A stretch of DNA of 64,000 bases, from NCBI RefSeq assembly GCF_016433145.1, contig NC_058130.1, positions 207,571,048-207,635,047 on the forward strand. The letters are read 5' to 3'. The notes under the pieces were generated by a model that made no database searches, was not told the origin of the DNA, and saw nothing but the letters and a program-made list of their open reading frames with translations. Positions 48,925 through 62,276 of this stretch are shown piece by piece (the first letter of the stretch is position 1; each line of letters begins with the position of its first letter). This DNA comes from Gracilinanus agilis (Eukaryota). Both the position numbers and the translations under genes were made by a program.

Positions 48925-49314
48925 TAAAAGAGAGAGCAGGATGTGGTAGAAAGAGTACAGGACTTGAGTCAGAATATTTGGCTTTCCAGTATCAGTCCTC
49001 ATATTTACTAACTGTGACCTTAACAATGTCACTTAGCTTCTATGTGCCTTAATTCTTTCGTTTTTTAAAAAAAGGCATAATTCTAAATCTGTAATACCTT
49101 AGGATATTTTCCTTCCAGATTCTTCTTTTATGAAAGCCCCAAACATTTGGCTTGTAAAGGTAAATAGAAATTTGTTTGCAATTATTAGATAAGATTTTAG
49201 AGTCCTACTAACAGAGCACATACAATATGTTTGAATGCCAAAATCATGAAGAGTTAAAAATCATATGTTAGGAGCTAAAATTAATTTTTTTTAAAAACGG
49301 TCTGAATTATAAAG

Positions 49315-49580
49315 GCATCTAAGTGGCACAGTGATCCCAGCTTTGGGATTGGAATCAGGAAGGCCAGAGCTCAAATCCAGCCTCAGATATTTAATAGCTA
49401 TGTAACCCTTGTTAAGACACAATCTCTATTTGCCTCAATTTCCTCATCTATAAAATAGAGATAATAAGAGCATTTACATCCCATGGTTTTTGTGTGAAGA
49501 GAATGAGATTATATTTTTAAAATATGTAGTATGGTTCCTAGCATATACTAAGTGCTTAATTAAATGCTTGCCCTCTTCCC
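49315..49580 (+). mobile_element. MIR
   Basis: gcatctaagtggcacagtg...cctcaatttcctcatctataaaatagagataataag. Confidence 0.75.
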
Positions 49581-52247
49581 TTTGTTCCTTTATAGACATT
49601 GAAAACAAACTAAATTATCTTTTAGAACATCAAATAGAGCACCAAATAGCTCCTCTAAATAATACATATAATTTAATGAAATACATCAATTGACCTAGCT
49701 AGAATTAAGCATCTTTTGTGCTACCTAGTTGCAGTATTAGAAAGATTAGATCTGGACCAGCTAAAATCTTAAAAATCAAATGAGTTAAATAATTGATTTC
49801 TTTCCAAAAATTAATTTTATCATTCTTGATTACAACTTTATAAATACTTATGACTGAAATGAACTCCTTTTTCCTTAAAGGATAGTCTATATTCTACTCT
49901 TCTTTGTGTGAAATTTTTTTCATTCTTTTTTTTTTTTTGGTTGACTTACTTTTTGGTTACTTTGAACATTTAGTGAAAGTTAAGTTTTCTATGAGAATGA
50001 AGAAATGTGGAATTGTGTCAGCTATCTGCAATTAACAAAATAACTAGGAACTGATTTTTGCAGGTGACTTCTGTACGTAAGTCATTCTGATTAATTTGGA
50101 TGATTCCACAAGTCAGAAGAAATGGATAGGGAGAGGTTTCAATTCTGGAGCACATTTATGCTGGAAATTTTCCCAAATGAGAGCAAACCTTTGTGCAATT
50201 CAACCCTGTCAGTGTTAATAAAACCAGAGAGTGACATTCTGACAGAGAGATATATTAGGCTGTGGAAGAGTCTTTAGAGGAAGGTGAAGAGAATAGTGTA
50301 TCTTGGGACATTTAATACCAACTTCAACAAAATATATAAGTAAAAGTCTTTCAGGGTCATTTGAAAGGCACTCTTTGACTAGCCCAGTTCCTTCTACTCT
50401 TCTTCCTTCTTTTTTGACCCCCCCAAGAAATGATAGATTCTTCTCTATTCCAATGACTTAAGCACACTCTAAGGATAGGAAATAAAATGGAGGGCTAGCT
50501 TACTACCTGTGTGACCCTTGGCAAGTCAACCTGATTTTTCTTGGGTCTCAGTTTATTCTATAAAATGAGGACTTAGAGCTTAAATAACTTTGAAGGTCTC
50601 TTTTAAATGACAGGTCCTCTAAAATGATAAATCAAAGATAGAGTCTTCAACTTTGGACTTGAATATTACCTTCCATAACTGCTACCCAAAGAGGGTCATT
50701 TCAATAAACTACTTGTGTTGTCCAAGAGGTCATTCAAACATATACATTAATCGTTATCTCACAAAATTATCCAAAAATGATTTTTAAAAAAATCTTGAAA
50801 AGAGCTTGAATGCCTTAGAAAAATAACTACGGTGCCAGTCAGACTATACTGAAGAGCTTTAATTCTAAAATGACTTAAATTTCTGATAATAATTCAATAC
50901 TGACTCATAAAAAGTTTGTTTTCTTTAGTAGCATTTTCTTTGCTATAATGAGTGGCGAAGACTATATAGACAGAATAATAATTGGAAGCAATAAAGAACC
51001 ACAAGAGGAAAACAGGTTCTAATTATGTACCATACAAAATTTTTAGAAATTATTAGATATGTTGCTAGTCCCTACTACTTCTGGCATTAAAATTTCCATT
51101 TGATGCCTAATGAACAAATTGTTCTTGGCATTGAGGAGTCCAACAATCTTACTTTTGGTAATGGTCTTGAGAGTGGCTAATTATTCTTTCATTTTAACAG
51201 ACCCTCTCACTGACACTCTTAAGAGTTGATTTAACATTCTCAACCACATTGTAAAGATCTACAATTTTAATTACCCACTGTAATTGCCTTCTCTAATAGC
51301 TGAAAGAACATCATTTATAGTGATCAGTAATAAAGCATTATGACTAAGTGGCAAAGGTGGAACTAAGTAGGTACTGTCAAAAGTTTCTCAATTGTTATAC
51401 TGCATATATAACAATAAATGAGGCTAATTAATCAATCGATGTTGATATTTTAATTAGTTAAATATTTAGGATAGGTAGAAAGTCAACCCTCCATTATGTA
51501 CTTCAGTGACAAAGATAATTCCAAGTTATATTTATGTTTATGCATGTATGTTTGTGTATGTATGTGTGTATCTTCAACTGAAATTCTTCCCTGATGCCTA
51601 ATCAAACCTTGACACAGGGATGACTATAGAATCTCAAAAGTGATTACAACAGAAGGCAAGTTTGGTCAGTTATCAATTGTCCTTTTAACATACATGATCA
51701 TACTATATAGGAGGACAGATGTGCTCAAATTGAATAGAGAGAATCAGTGCTTACCAAACTAGAAAGGCTTCAAGTATGGGCCCAGTGACGATTGTTTTTG
51801 AGAACCTAAGTTCTGAGGAATTTATCAGCAGTTTGGTGGCAGGTTGACAAGTTATTAAGCCATTGAGACTGTTGAAGACTCTCTATTGAAAGTTGAAAGG
51901 GTTATGATCATCATTGGCTGAAAAATGCACATGGATGAAATTAAGATTCCTGAAAGGGTTGAAGTCTATGAATTCATACTCACATACAGATATGGTAGGC
52001 AAAGTATTAAAGGAATTTTCAAGCAGCAGGAGCCAAAATAATGAGCTTCCATAATTTTAGTTTATCTTTAATACTGTCTATCCTTATTTTTAGAAAGCAT
52101 TTTATTTTGAGAAACATAGATGCAGACACAAAAGATCCTTGAAACAAAAGTATAGAAAAAACTCAGAGTACAACTATAAAAAAGGTCTTCAGAAACTGAT
52201 AGGGATACCAAGTTAGAAGAGATTTTATCAGAATTGTCCAAGAGTCA

Positions 52248-52437
52248 GAGACCAAATAGAGCCAAATAGAGACGGGAGGTCCTGGATTCAAAACTGGCCT
52301 CAGACACTTTCTAACTGAGTGAGCCTGAGCAAGTAATTTAATTCACATTGCTTAGCCCTTACAGTTCCTCTGCTTTGGAACCAATCGATACTATTAATCC
52401 CAAAATAGAAGATGAAGGTTAACAAAATTAAAAAAAA
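52248..52437 (+). mobile_element. Older SINE1-like SINE
   Basis: gggaggtcctggattcaaaactggcctcagacac; degenerate TSD agaattgtccaagagtc / agaattacctagagtc. Confidence 0.8.
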
Positions 52438-52872
52438 GAATTACCTAGAGTCAACTGAGGCACTTAATGAACAAATGCCCATTGCTAAGACAACCAAGGA
52501 GTTAGCTCTTCAAATCTTGACCTGAACATTTGTAGAATTATATAACTTTAATCACATGATGATTGAAAAAGAGTAAAAAAAAAGATTAAAGAAAAATAAA
52601 AGAAAGAAAAACAGAAGAGGTACATTCTTTTCCATTGTTTAAGAGGAACTTTGGATATTACAATGATGAGAAGGCATCTCAAAGGGATCTGTTATGGTGA
52701 ATATTGAATTATAAGATGGATATTTTACACAAATTTTCAGCCAGAGCCCTTTGAGCAAATAAAGAATAAGGATTGTATAAATATTAATGGGGAAGGGAGG
52801 AATTACCTCTGGTTTTTAAAATTTGAATACATTTCTCTTCCTATTAAGTAATTTCTACCTCACCAACTATAT

Positions 52873-53066
52873 CAGTGATTCCCAAAGTGGGTGCTACCGC
52901 CCCCTGGTAGGTGCTGCAGTGATCCAGAGAGGCGGTGATGGCCACAGGTGCATTTATTTTTCCTATTAGTTGCCATTAAAATTTAAAAAAAATTCATTTC
53001 CAGGGGGCTAAGTAATATTTTTTCTGGAAAGGGGGCAGCAGGCCAAAAAAAGTTTGGGAACCACTG
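52873..53066. mobile_element. hAT MITE, 194 bp
   Basis: TIR cagtgattcccaaa...tttgggaaccactg; perfect 8-bp TSD aactatat at 52865-52872 and 53067-53074. Confidence 0.92.
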
Positions 53067-55489
53067 AACTATATCTTAGCGAACAGGAAATTTTATTTTT
53101 ATTTTTTTTGTGATTTTCTTCAGCCTCTTTGAAGAGAATCCATAAGCAATCTTTCTATTTATTTGTCTTACGGTTTTGATTATTGTAAAAACATCATTCT
53201 TGATATGGTTCAGGTTTTCTGATAGTGTCAATTTCTTGGTGATTGGACATTTAAAGTGCCTGGAGTTAAGTTAATTTTTATAGACATTCTAAAGCTGGCA
53301 TGATATTTAGCATCTTCTGCCCTCTCTTCTGTTACTCCCAAGACTAGAGGGAATCTTTTTCTATTTCAGAGGTTGCTGTGGTCTAAGTGGTCATCTTCTA
53401 AAAGACTATCTACTGGTGATGATGTCCCTCTCTACTCTTAGCTAGATTGGTCCTGGCAATATATCCCATCTTTTATCAATATTGTACTTGGAATAATAAT
53501 GTGGACTGTAGGTCAAATCAGCTCTGGTAATAACTCAGATTGTGTAATGCAAGAATTAGTTTGGCTCACAGTACAATTACTACATTATAAAAAAGTACAA
53601 TTGATCTATATTCTCCAATGAATCAGTAAAAGATACTTTTTAATTCTGTTAAAGAATAAAAAATTGTGAAAGGACTCACAGAGAATAAAAATGTGGATTT
53701 TAGAACCTTTAGTTGTTCCAAGTGGAGAGAACTTGAACAGGCAACAATTGATCAGCAACTGCAGAAAACTGGTCAAAAGACCAAAATGAATGCATTTGTA
53801 AAATAATGGAAAATACTGGGAAGAGGCAAATGTGTCTGGAGTGGGCTGATAAGTAAGCCTTAAAAATAACAGAGCATGAGCAACCAGCAAGCTTACCAAA
53901 TTGTGGTAATTTTCTTTTGAAACTGTGAAACTCCAGACAGGACAATGTCTTCGAAGAGGGAAGATTTGGGTAGGTGATATTCTAGTCATTAAAACATTTT
54001 TTTTCCAAGTGAAAGAATTGGTACTGTGGTCTCCTTCCAACAAATAACCATTAACTTCGTTCAGCATTTCCCCAGACAGGATATATAATGGACGCATGTC
54101 AGAGTTTATAAAATGATTGCAAGGCAAATTCAATTTTCCATCTCCCTTGTTTGCATCCTCAAAGAATTTCTTATCCTCACATATCAATTATAGTGACAGA
54201 GATAAGAGGCAAATCATTTCAATGAATGTAATAGCAAAAGTGATTAGAAGTAAAAAGATATTAACTACACATGTAAGCTATAAATAAAATGCTGAGTCAT
54301 CCTGAATATTGTAAACCTGTAGATGCTATTTTATCTATTGCAAGACTTTTCTGGAGTAATCTTAAATTCCTTGTCAGTTGATTCTGACCATTTGATTTCA
54401 AACAAAATAATCTACCAAGATCTATGACTAGGGTAGACTTCTTTCTTCTCCAAAGGACAGAGAATCTTTCTTGTCATGCTCTGCAGGCCTTACCATAAGA
54501 TGACAGGACAAAGGAATTTCTCTACCTATGAACACTGAGTTCAGTGTTTATAAACAACACATTTATAGAGGCAGTGGGTAGCCTGGGAAGATTGGTAAAG
54601 CTAAAAATTTTAAATCTTTGAAATCTTATTGGATAAATCTCTTCTATATGTAATGTCTGTATTATATACATATAAGTAGTTTTTATTTAATACCATAAAA
54701 GTAGTATTTTATTTTTTAGGAAAATGCATTAAGATTTTGGGGTCATTTAGTGATTTTATAAGTCACTAAAATGTTTATCATATATAGGGACTGACTTCTT
54801 TATAGAAACAAATATGACATAATAATCCTAATGATGATTTGGGGGGGATTAGGAAATAAAATTATACAGGTAGGTGGTGCACTCTCATAGGGATCATATC
54901 TGATTTTATCCAAAAACTATATTATGTTCTTCTTTAATGCAAACACTTGATTTTAATCAAACTGGCTACTTACTTTCCCTAGTATAACCCTAGTACTTTT
55001 CAAATTCCAGAGTTTTGTTCTACATAAAATTTAATGGAAGACAGATTCCCTAGAGATGGAGAGTTTTTCAAAATGCTCTTATTTGAGGAGAACTACTACT
55101 GGATGGCATCAAACATCAGTACTCTAAAGTAATTTATGAGTAAATGAATATAACATATATTAAGTACTTAGTATATGTTAAACACTGGAGAAAAAAATGC
55201 CTTCCCTATAGAAACTTACATTCTAACCAGGGAGAGGACATATATAGGGCTATGGTAGCTAGAGAGGCTAATGAGTAGTCATAAGGCAATAGTCTGATAT
55301 ATTTCTTCCATGGGCAATGGCAGAGTTAACTTGATCAGATTCACTAGGCTCTTTGGTCCCAAACCTGGGGAGGAGGAATGAAGTGAAACATGATTGGTGT
55401 GTGTCTATATTAGGCCGAATAAGGCAATCACTAATAGGGAGGGTGTATGATGGAAATTAGGAGATGAAAAGGTTAGATATTCATGGAAT

Positions 55490-56080
55490 GATCACTCAAA
55501 GAGGTTGAATAACAACCCACAAAGAAAAAACAAATGTATGAAGAATGCTCATTGCTAATACTTGGATATATAGCCCAATAATGATGCTATTTTGGATAAG
55601 TTCTACAGAAAAACAATGAGCTGAAACCAGAAACAGATAATAAGAAGAATGGCCCATTTAGGAAATTAGACAATACTCTCAATGAACCCAGGTTCCTTGG
55701 CACAGAAATTTTTTTTAAATATCAACCTTAGCCTGGCGAAGCTGTTGCATATCTTCAAATAATGAAACAGCAAAATCTCTAAAGAATTAAAATTGCACAA
55801 CACAAGGCTGATGGAAGCAGATATGCCAAGGCCTCAGTGCTGCCAAAGGTGACTGGCAGAAAAGATATTCAGGAAATAGATGATTGAAGGAAGAGACAGA
55901 CTAGTCATATAGTAAGAGTGAAGCAGAAGAGATGGAGAATCTATGGTTTGTAAGGGTATTCATGGAATGCTAAAAGACCTATAGGTAGGCCTCCCAGGCA
56001 CTGAGTAGATGGATCTTCTATGGAGGATTTATAGGAATAATGGTACAAAAACTATAGAATATAAAAAGTTGTAGACAGGT
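55490..56080 (+). mobile_element. Internally deleted RTE LINE (endonuclease fragment joined to 3' end)
   Basis: tatagcccaataatgatgct...aagttctac, then RTE 3' motifs (gtcatatagtaagagtgaag...aggcctcccaggcactg...ggatcttctatggaggatttatagg). Confidence 0.55.
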
Positions 56081-56569
56081 CATGATTTAATCTGTTGGAG
56101 ATAGTCCTCACATTGATCACTGACCAAATGAAATACTGAATCAAGTTCCTGTAATATTCTCTCTCTATCCAAATCATTCTGTTCTCCTTTAAAGACTACC
56201 ACACTTCTCATCATCACCATGATGCCTAGTCTATTTTTATTTCTAACATTTCTGAGTACCTATGCCACTTCTTGTCAGTACCATTCATATGTTAATTAAA
56301 TAGTACACTGGGACATCTCTTGTCCTAACTTACATTATTATTCCACTCTTGTATTTAATATTTCATAGTTTATATAAGAGTGTGGGGCAAAGTTCATTAG
56401 AGAAATTGAATAGCCACTCTGAATGATTGTAAAGGGTGCAAAACTGGCAATGGGCCATTAAGTTCTTATAAAGAAAGTATAAAGAAATATTTAATAAAGT
56501 ATAAAGTATATAACAAAGTATGAAGTATGTAAACAAAATATATAAAAGTATAAAGAAATATTTATGCTT

Positions 56570-56930
56570 CTTTGTTAAAGAGGAAGGAAGGATGGGAGGG
56601 AGGGAGAGAGGGAAGGAAGGAGAGAGGAGAGGAGTGAGGGAGAAAGGGAGGAAGAAAAGAAGGAAGAAAAGGAAGAAGGAAGGAAACTTATTAAAATATC
56701 ATGTTTTAGGTACTTTGTTAAGCACTTTACAAATTTACCTCATTCAATCTTCACAATAATCCTTGGAGGTGGATGCCATTATTATCTCAATTTTACAGGT
56801 GAGAAAACTGAGGCACAAGGAAGTGAAGTGACTTGCCCAGGGACACACAGCTAGTAAGTATCTGGGGCTCAGTTTGAACCGAAATCTTCTTGATGCCAGG
56901 CCACCTAACTGTTCTTCTGGCCAACCTAAT
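56570..56930. repeat. Purine-rich simple repeat followed by a minus-strand MIR (about 56690-56930)
   Basis: GGAA/GAGA run; attttacaggtgagaaaactgaggcac...gtgacttgcccaggg. Confidence 0.75.
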
Positions 56931-57461
56931 GAACAACCATGATCTTGGTGGCCTTTAGAAAGCAAGTTAGACAGCCTTACATTCAGTTACATCACAGAAT
57001 TAGCTCTGATATCTCTACAGAGTTGTGGAGAGGAGGTCCATGGAGTTCAGTTGAGCAATTTTCCCAGTAGAAATGTTGTACCCAAGAAAGCAGCATGAAA
57101 ACAAGAAAGGACAAGAGAAAGGATAACAGGGCCCTGAGGGGCCAGAGATATAGGCTTCTTTCACCTCATATTACCTATGTTTCTGTCTACTATTCCCCCT
57201 GACAATGGATGTATCTGTAGGAGAGGGTGCCCTAAGTTCATGAGGAGAATATTTTGCTACTACTGTATATGATCAGGACATGATCTACTATGGTACATGA
57301 TTTCAGTCTATGCCATAGGTAACTGTACTAACTGGCTCTTCAAAGTGAATGCACCAGGAAAGGTTGGTGAACAATAGTTTTAGAAATATAGACTCACAAT
57401 GGACCTTGAACAAAACAAAACATAGTTTGTTTCTGTGCATATGCATTAAAGATAATCCCAT

Positions 57462-57670
57462 GGTGGGCAGCTAGGTGGCTCAGTGGATAGGGAGTCAGTT
57501 CGGGAGACATGAGGTCCTGGGTTCAAATCTGACTTCAGACACTTTGTAACTGTGTGTTCCTGGGCAATTGACTTGGCTTGACTACTCCTTATTGTTCCTC
57601 TGCCTTCAACAAATACATAGTATTGATTCTAACGTGGAAGGTAAGGGTTGGAAAAATAAAATACAATAGA
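57462..57670 (+). mobile_element. SINE1-like SINE
   Basis: TSD aaagataatcccat (57448-57461) / aaaggtaatcccat (57671-57684). Confidence 0.88.
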
Positions 57671-57807
57671 AAAGGTAATCCCATAGCTTTGTTTTGGTGG
57701 TAATAGCTGAAGGATAGGTTTATTAACTAATCATAGAATCTGAAGTCAGTAGAGACCTCAGCAGCTGTCCATTCCAATCCGCATTCAGAAAAGAATCTCC
57801 AGTTCCT

Positions 57808-57858
57808 CATCATCAACATCATCATCATCATCATCACCACCATCAACATCATCATCAC
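57808..57858. repeat. (CAT)n microsatellite at the tail of a minus-strand MIR (about 57860-58080)
   Basis: Read directly. Confidence 0.85.
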
Positions 57859-60800
57859 TAACATTTATAAAGGTCTTCCTTTTTTGCCAGGCACTTTGCT
57901 AAGCCCTTTAGATTATTATTTCATTTGATCATGAAAATACCTGGAAGGTAGCTATTCTTATTTCCAGAAACTGAAGCAAACAGAAAAAGTAAATGACTTG
58001 CCCAGGGACAGTAATAAGAGTCTAAAGCTAGATTTGAAGTCAGGCTAACTCCAGACCCAGCTTTTAATCCCTAGTACCAACAAGCTGTCCTTATATCATA
58101 CATAACAAGTAGCTACCTGCTCTTTAATTGAAGACTTCTGGTGACAGGAAATCTGTTACCTCTAAGGGTGGTCTAATCTACTTTTGGACTGTACCGAAAG
58201 TAGAATGGACCACACTGAGACTTTAAGTTAAGCTCTGCACAGGAACAATCCTCGTGTATGTACATGAGGCCAGTAAAATCCCAGGTTACAGTTCTCAGTT
58301 CTCCCTATCCTGACCCCTGGGTGGAAGGGACAAGATAAGAGAGAGGGAATATGATTCTTCACACCGAGGATGAAAAGAAACCTCAATTAGGGAAAGACTG
58401 GGGAATAGACACTGCTGACCTTAAAACAATGAAGCATCATGTCTTACAAAGAGTCAGATGTCATTTTCTTTTTTTTTTTGTATAAGATCAGCAGAGTTGG
58501 TCAATACTATTGCCAGGGATCATTTTCTTCATCTTTTACTTCCATGCTTTTACAGAAGAGAACCTAATTGATGTGTGAATTCTGTTCTGAATGAACTGCC
58601 CCCTAGAAGTTAAGTGAATGTAAAGTCCTTAAAAGAAAGATTGCAAACAGGTTGGCAGCTTTACAAAGCTTGCCTGAGTTTGACCTCAGAATAGAAATAT
58701 CTCCTCTCTAGAGAGTTCAGCCCATTCTTTCTCCAGTGTGCACCTGAGCTTCAGGAACTAGCTATGAAAAATTCATACAGTGATGCTTCCAACAATCCCA
58801 CCTATGTCCTTAACATCTGCTGAATGTAAGTCACATTAAAACTTCAAAGCAAACTCACAATCCTAGTTGGCAGCAAATCTTCATAGTGACTGGGTGAACT
58901 GTTAGTTCAATAGAGTCGTCACCCCTTCCTGACAGAAAATATCTATGCAAAACCTGCAGTAATTTATCTTCTTATCCATATAAACATAGGGGAAATGCTG
59001 TGAGATATTATCATCAACTAAACAGTCACAGAAACAGCAGGTGGTACCATTACGGTATGCATTTTGTTTCCAACAGTTATGCTTGTTATCTAAATTCTCT
59101 TTATCCTTTAGTTTCCACAGAAGGCAACAGTAGCCAAACATATCAAAAGGACTTATATGTGTATTTTAGCCTTCAAATACATATTTGTGCTTTTTAGAAA
59201 CATCAGCATCTTTAAAAACCTGAAATGTATTTTCTGTCCTTTTAATTGGATGATGGTATATCAATTAGGTGACTAAGTTTCTCTTCAAAGGTGACTAAGG
59301 TTCTCTACTTCATTTCACCAGTGCTGTGGCTGCAGAATAGATGCTTTGTTATTGGAACTGGAAGCTAGAGGTAGGGCAATATGACACCCTCATATTTTAA
59401 ATTAATTACAATATGACCAAAGTAGGAGTTTAATTTCCAGGCCCGACTATTCCAATCTTATCCACCACAAAGGTTTCCTTCTTTATACTCTCTAGGCTAG
59501 GAGAAAATTTATCTTCGTTAAATGATAATTGGCTGTATTATCTTTTGACTCTTCAGAAATGCTGGCTGGCAAGTTTTTTAAAAAATTTCATCAATCTTGT
59601 TTTATGTTTTTACAAAGCCTGCATCAGAAGGAAAAAAAGAGAGAGAGAGAGATGTCTGTCTGCAGAACACACTATGTCTTACTAGCATTATGAATAGGTC
59701 TTGAGAATATCTAATTTACTAATAAACCTAGTAAGATTCAATATTTCATGACTTAAGAAAAGCTCTGGTGGTTAAGGTATAAGATTTCAATTTTAATTCT
59801 ATGGTAGAGTGGATAAATTCCTTCTAGGAAGTACTGCTTTGAAATGGGATGTGGGGTAAAAATGTAAAACTATGATGGCCCATGAAAATTTATCAAGAAC
59901 TCTGTTCTTGGAGTTTTTTAAAATTAATTTATAAGAAGGAAAAAAATTTAATTAATTTATAGGAAGAAAAATACCTAGATGTGGTTATACACTGAGCCAA
60001 TACCTATAAATGAATAACAAATTTATTCATCTTCTCTTTTTCTCCTTATTTCTAGCTTTTTTGGGCATTGCATTGCTTATTACCACCTCTTCCAGGTTGT
60101 GGGCATATGAAGTATTTGGAAACCAAGCACAATTCAGTTAATTAAAATATTTATAAGCAGCATCTGGTCTACTTTCTGGATACTTTCAAACCACATAAAC
60201 TATTGCCTGAAATTAGATGTTAAAATTTCTATAGATTTCAATCAATTCTACTTACAGACTTCATGATGTTAGATCCTTGAGGTCTCAAAATAATAAATTT
60301 TTTATTTAAAATTGTCTCTTATTAATTTATAGACTCTAAGCATATAGGAATCCACCAAGCACACTAATAACTGATATTAATTAGAAGCTTCTTAAATTTA
60401 TTTTCTTTATTTTCTTCTTCTTCTATAATGAAGTCAATCTCTTTTTTCATTTTTTAAAATTTAACCCTACTTGACTAGTTATCTTTCTTAGCTCTATTCT
60501 GTAGCTCTTTCAGAGAATAGCCAATTAAGTCTAAGTAGAACTAGTAATTATATTTGTAAAATCTGAAACCAAATATCAAGACAATGATCCAGCTTATACG
60601 TGTTTTACTTAATATAATAACATCATTTCTTCATTGTTATTTTGGGATTTTTTTCTTTAAATAATAATCGATTTTAGCATAATTCTACCTTCCTGTATAT
60701 ATTTACATCTGTATGCCCCATGCATCGAATTTTTTGAGAATCCTAGAAACAATCAATGGGTCTAAATCTCTGAGACAGTGAAAATTCCAGAACCTGAGTT

Positions 60801-60884
60801 AAAGCATAAAAAACAAACATTTTTGTCCCCAGACTAACACATGCTCCTATTGTCGGGACAGTTGGATTGCTTTCTGTGAATGTT

Positions 60885-61085
60885 TTGGATCTGGATCTGT
60901 GATCTTATCAATGTAGGAAGGTCCCTGAGTGGCCACGGACACAGTGGCTATGGCTAGAGATCTGCACTCATTGGTCTTCAAGAGATGCTTGAGGTAGCAA
61001 GAGGTGTCAGGGGCAGAACTTGGACTCAAATCTTCATGATTCCAATGCCAGCCTTCTTTGTGCCACAAGACACTCTCTCTTCTTT
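60885..61085 (-). mobile_element. Mar1-like SINE
   Basis: gatctgtgatcttatcaatgtagg...gtgtcaggggcagaacttggactcaaatcttcatgattccaatgcc. Confidence 0.6.
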
Positions 61086-62276
61086 CCCTAAGATGATATA
61101 ATGTTGTTGGGTCCAGAAGAATTGAGGAAGCCAAGGATAATGAAAAGGGATATACAGGTTACTCTTGGGGACACACAATGGATAGAATGGAATTGCTCAA
61201 ATCCATGTCTGTTGACCCTTTGGTTTCCATTTTCCCCTCTTGCACAAACTCCTTAAATAAAATATAATCCTTCTTTCATAATTTTCCAAAACAAAAGGAA
61301 AAATTATTTAAGTAAAAAACCCCATATCTAGCCAATCCCATGAATGAGGCTAGATCATTTCCCTTTTGACCACATTACATAGCTTATTCCTTTTTTTTTT
61401 TTTTGAGACTGATAGTCCTTATAGCTAACTCCTGCAATGTGATCATAATATTTTAAAATTTACTATTCATTATCACAGTTTCCTAAACTGTGCTTATTCA
61501 ACATCATTGGTATGTTTTATACCCTGATGACATCAGAGTATCTGAATATTAAAAACTAGGATATATAAAAACTTGGTGACCAACTATAGGCTTTTTTGAT
61601 GCATAAACAAATCTTAATATACAAAGTCATAGCCAATGAGCTGCCTCAGTATTCAGCATCCTTTTCTTCTCTATTAGAATCTGCTATTCACCACTGAGAT
61701 TAAGCTCATAAGCTTTCTTTTAGAGGTTAAAATTTTAAAGTGAATTTCCTTGATAAATTGAAATTGTAATGAAGATCTCTCATGAATCATATTATAGCAT
61801 AATTAAGGTGAGTGATGGAGAATATTACTTTTTATCAGGTATAGAAATGAGTTTGTTATTATATACATTTAGTGCAGTTTATTTCTTAAGGATTTTCTAG
61901 CAGGGACAGATAGACATAACTGTCTTAGCTCTTCTATTCCTAAATGAGACTCATGAATACAATTTTGCTTAGTGGAAAAAATATTTTTAAAAGGAAAAGA
62001 CTCTGTACAAATTTGTAAAAGCAAAGGCATAAAACTTCATATAATTAAAAGAACTTTCATTCACAAATATTATATATGTCAACATTTCCTGACATAACCA
62101 AATATTATTTTTAAAGAAAGTTAAAAGTTAAAGTTCAATTCACATACTTTTAGTATTTGATAAATGTAAGACAATCAGGTTAATTAAAGAAATGTCATAT
62201 TATAACTACTGTTGATTAAATCAAGTTGTTTTCACTAGCATCATTCAAGCTTTCATTTAGCATTTTTAAAACTCAC

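Larger units (their letters stand above)
1..62276 (-). other. SDK1: SDK1 intron downstream of the exon (next exon lies beyond the window)
   Basis: Follows the gtgagt donor at 62276. I found no sequence encoding the expected next SDK1 segment (recalled as about DVGTPETMAP...TLECIASAR). SDK1 is known for very large introns. Confidence 0.8.

Noticed and set aside
50058-50084. Plus-strand tttttgcag|13 nt|gtaagt microexon-like motif
   Set aside because: Antisense to SDK1, not a multiple of 3, and no supporting context.
58902-59141. Cys-rich 79-aa minus-strand ORF (CCFCDC...YCRFC)
   Set aside because: Spacing matches no zinc-finger family I recognise, and there are no convincing splice sites; TG-rich composition yields Cys by chance.
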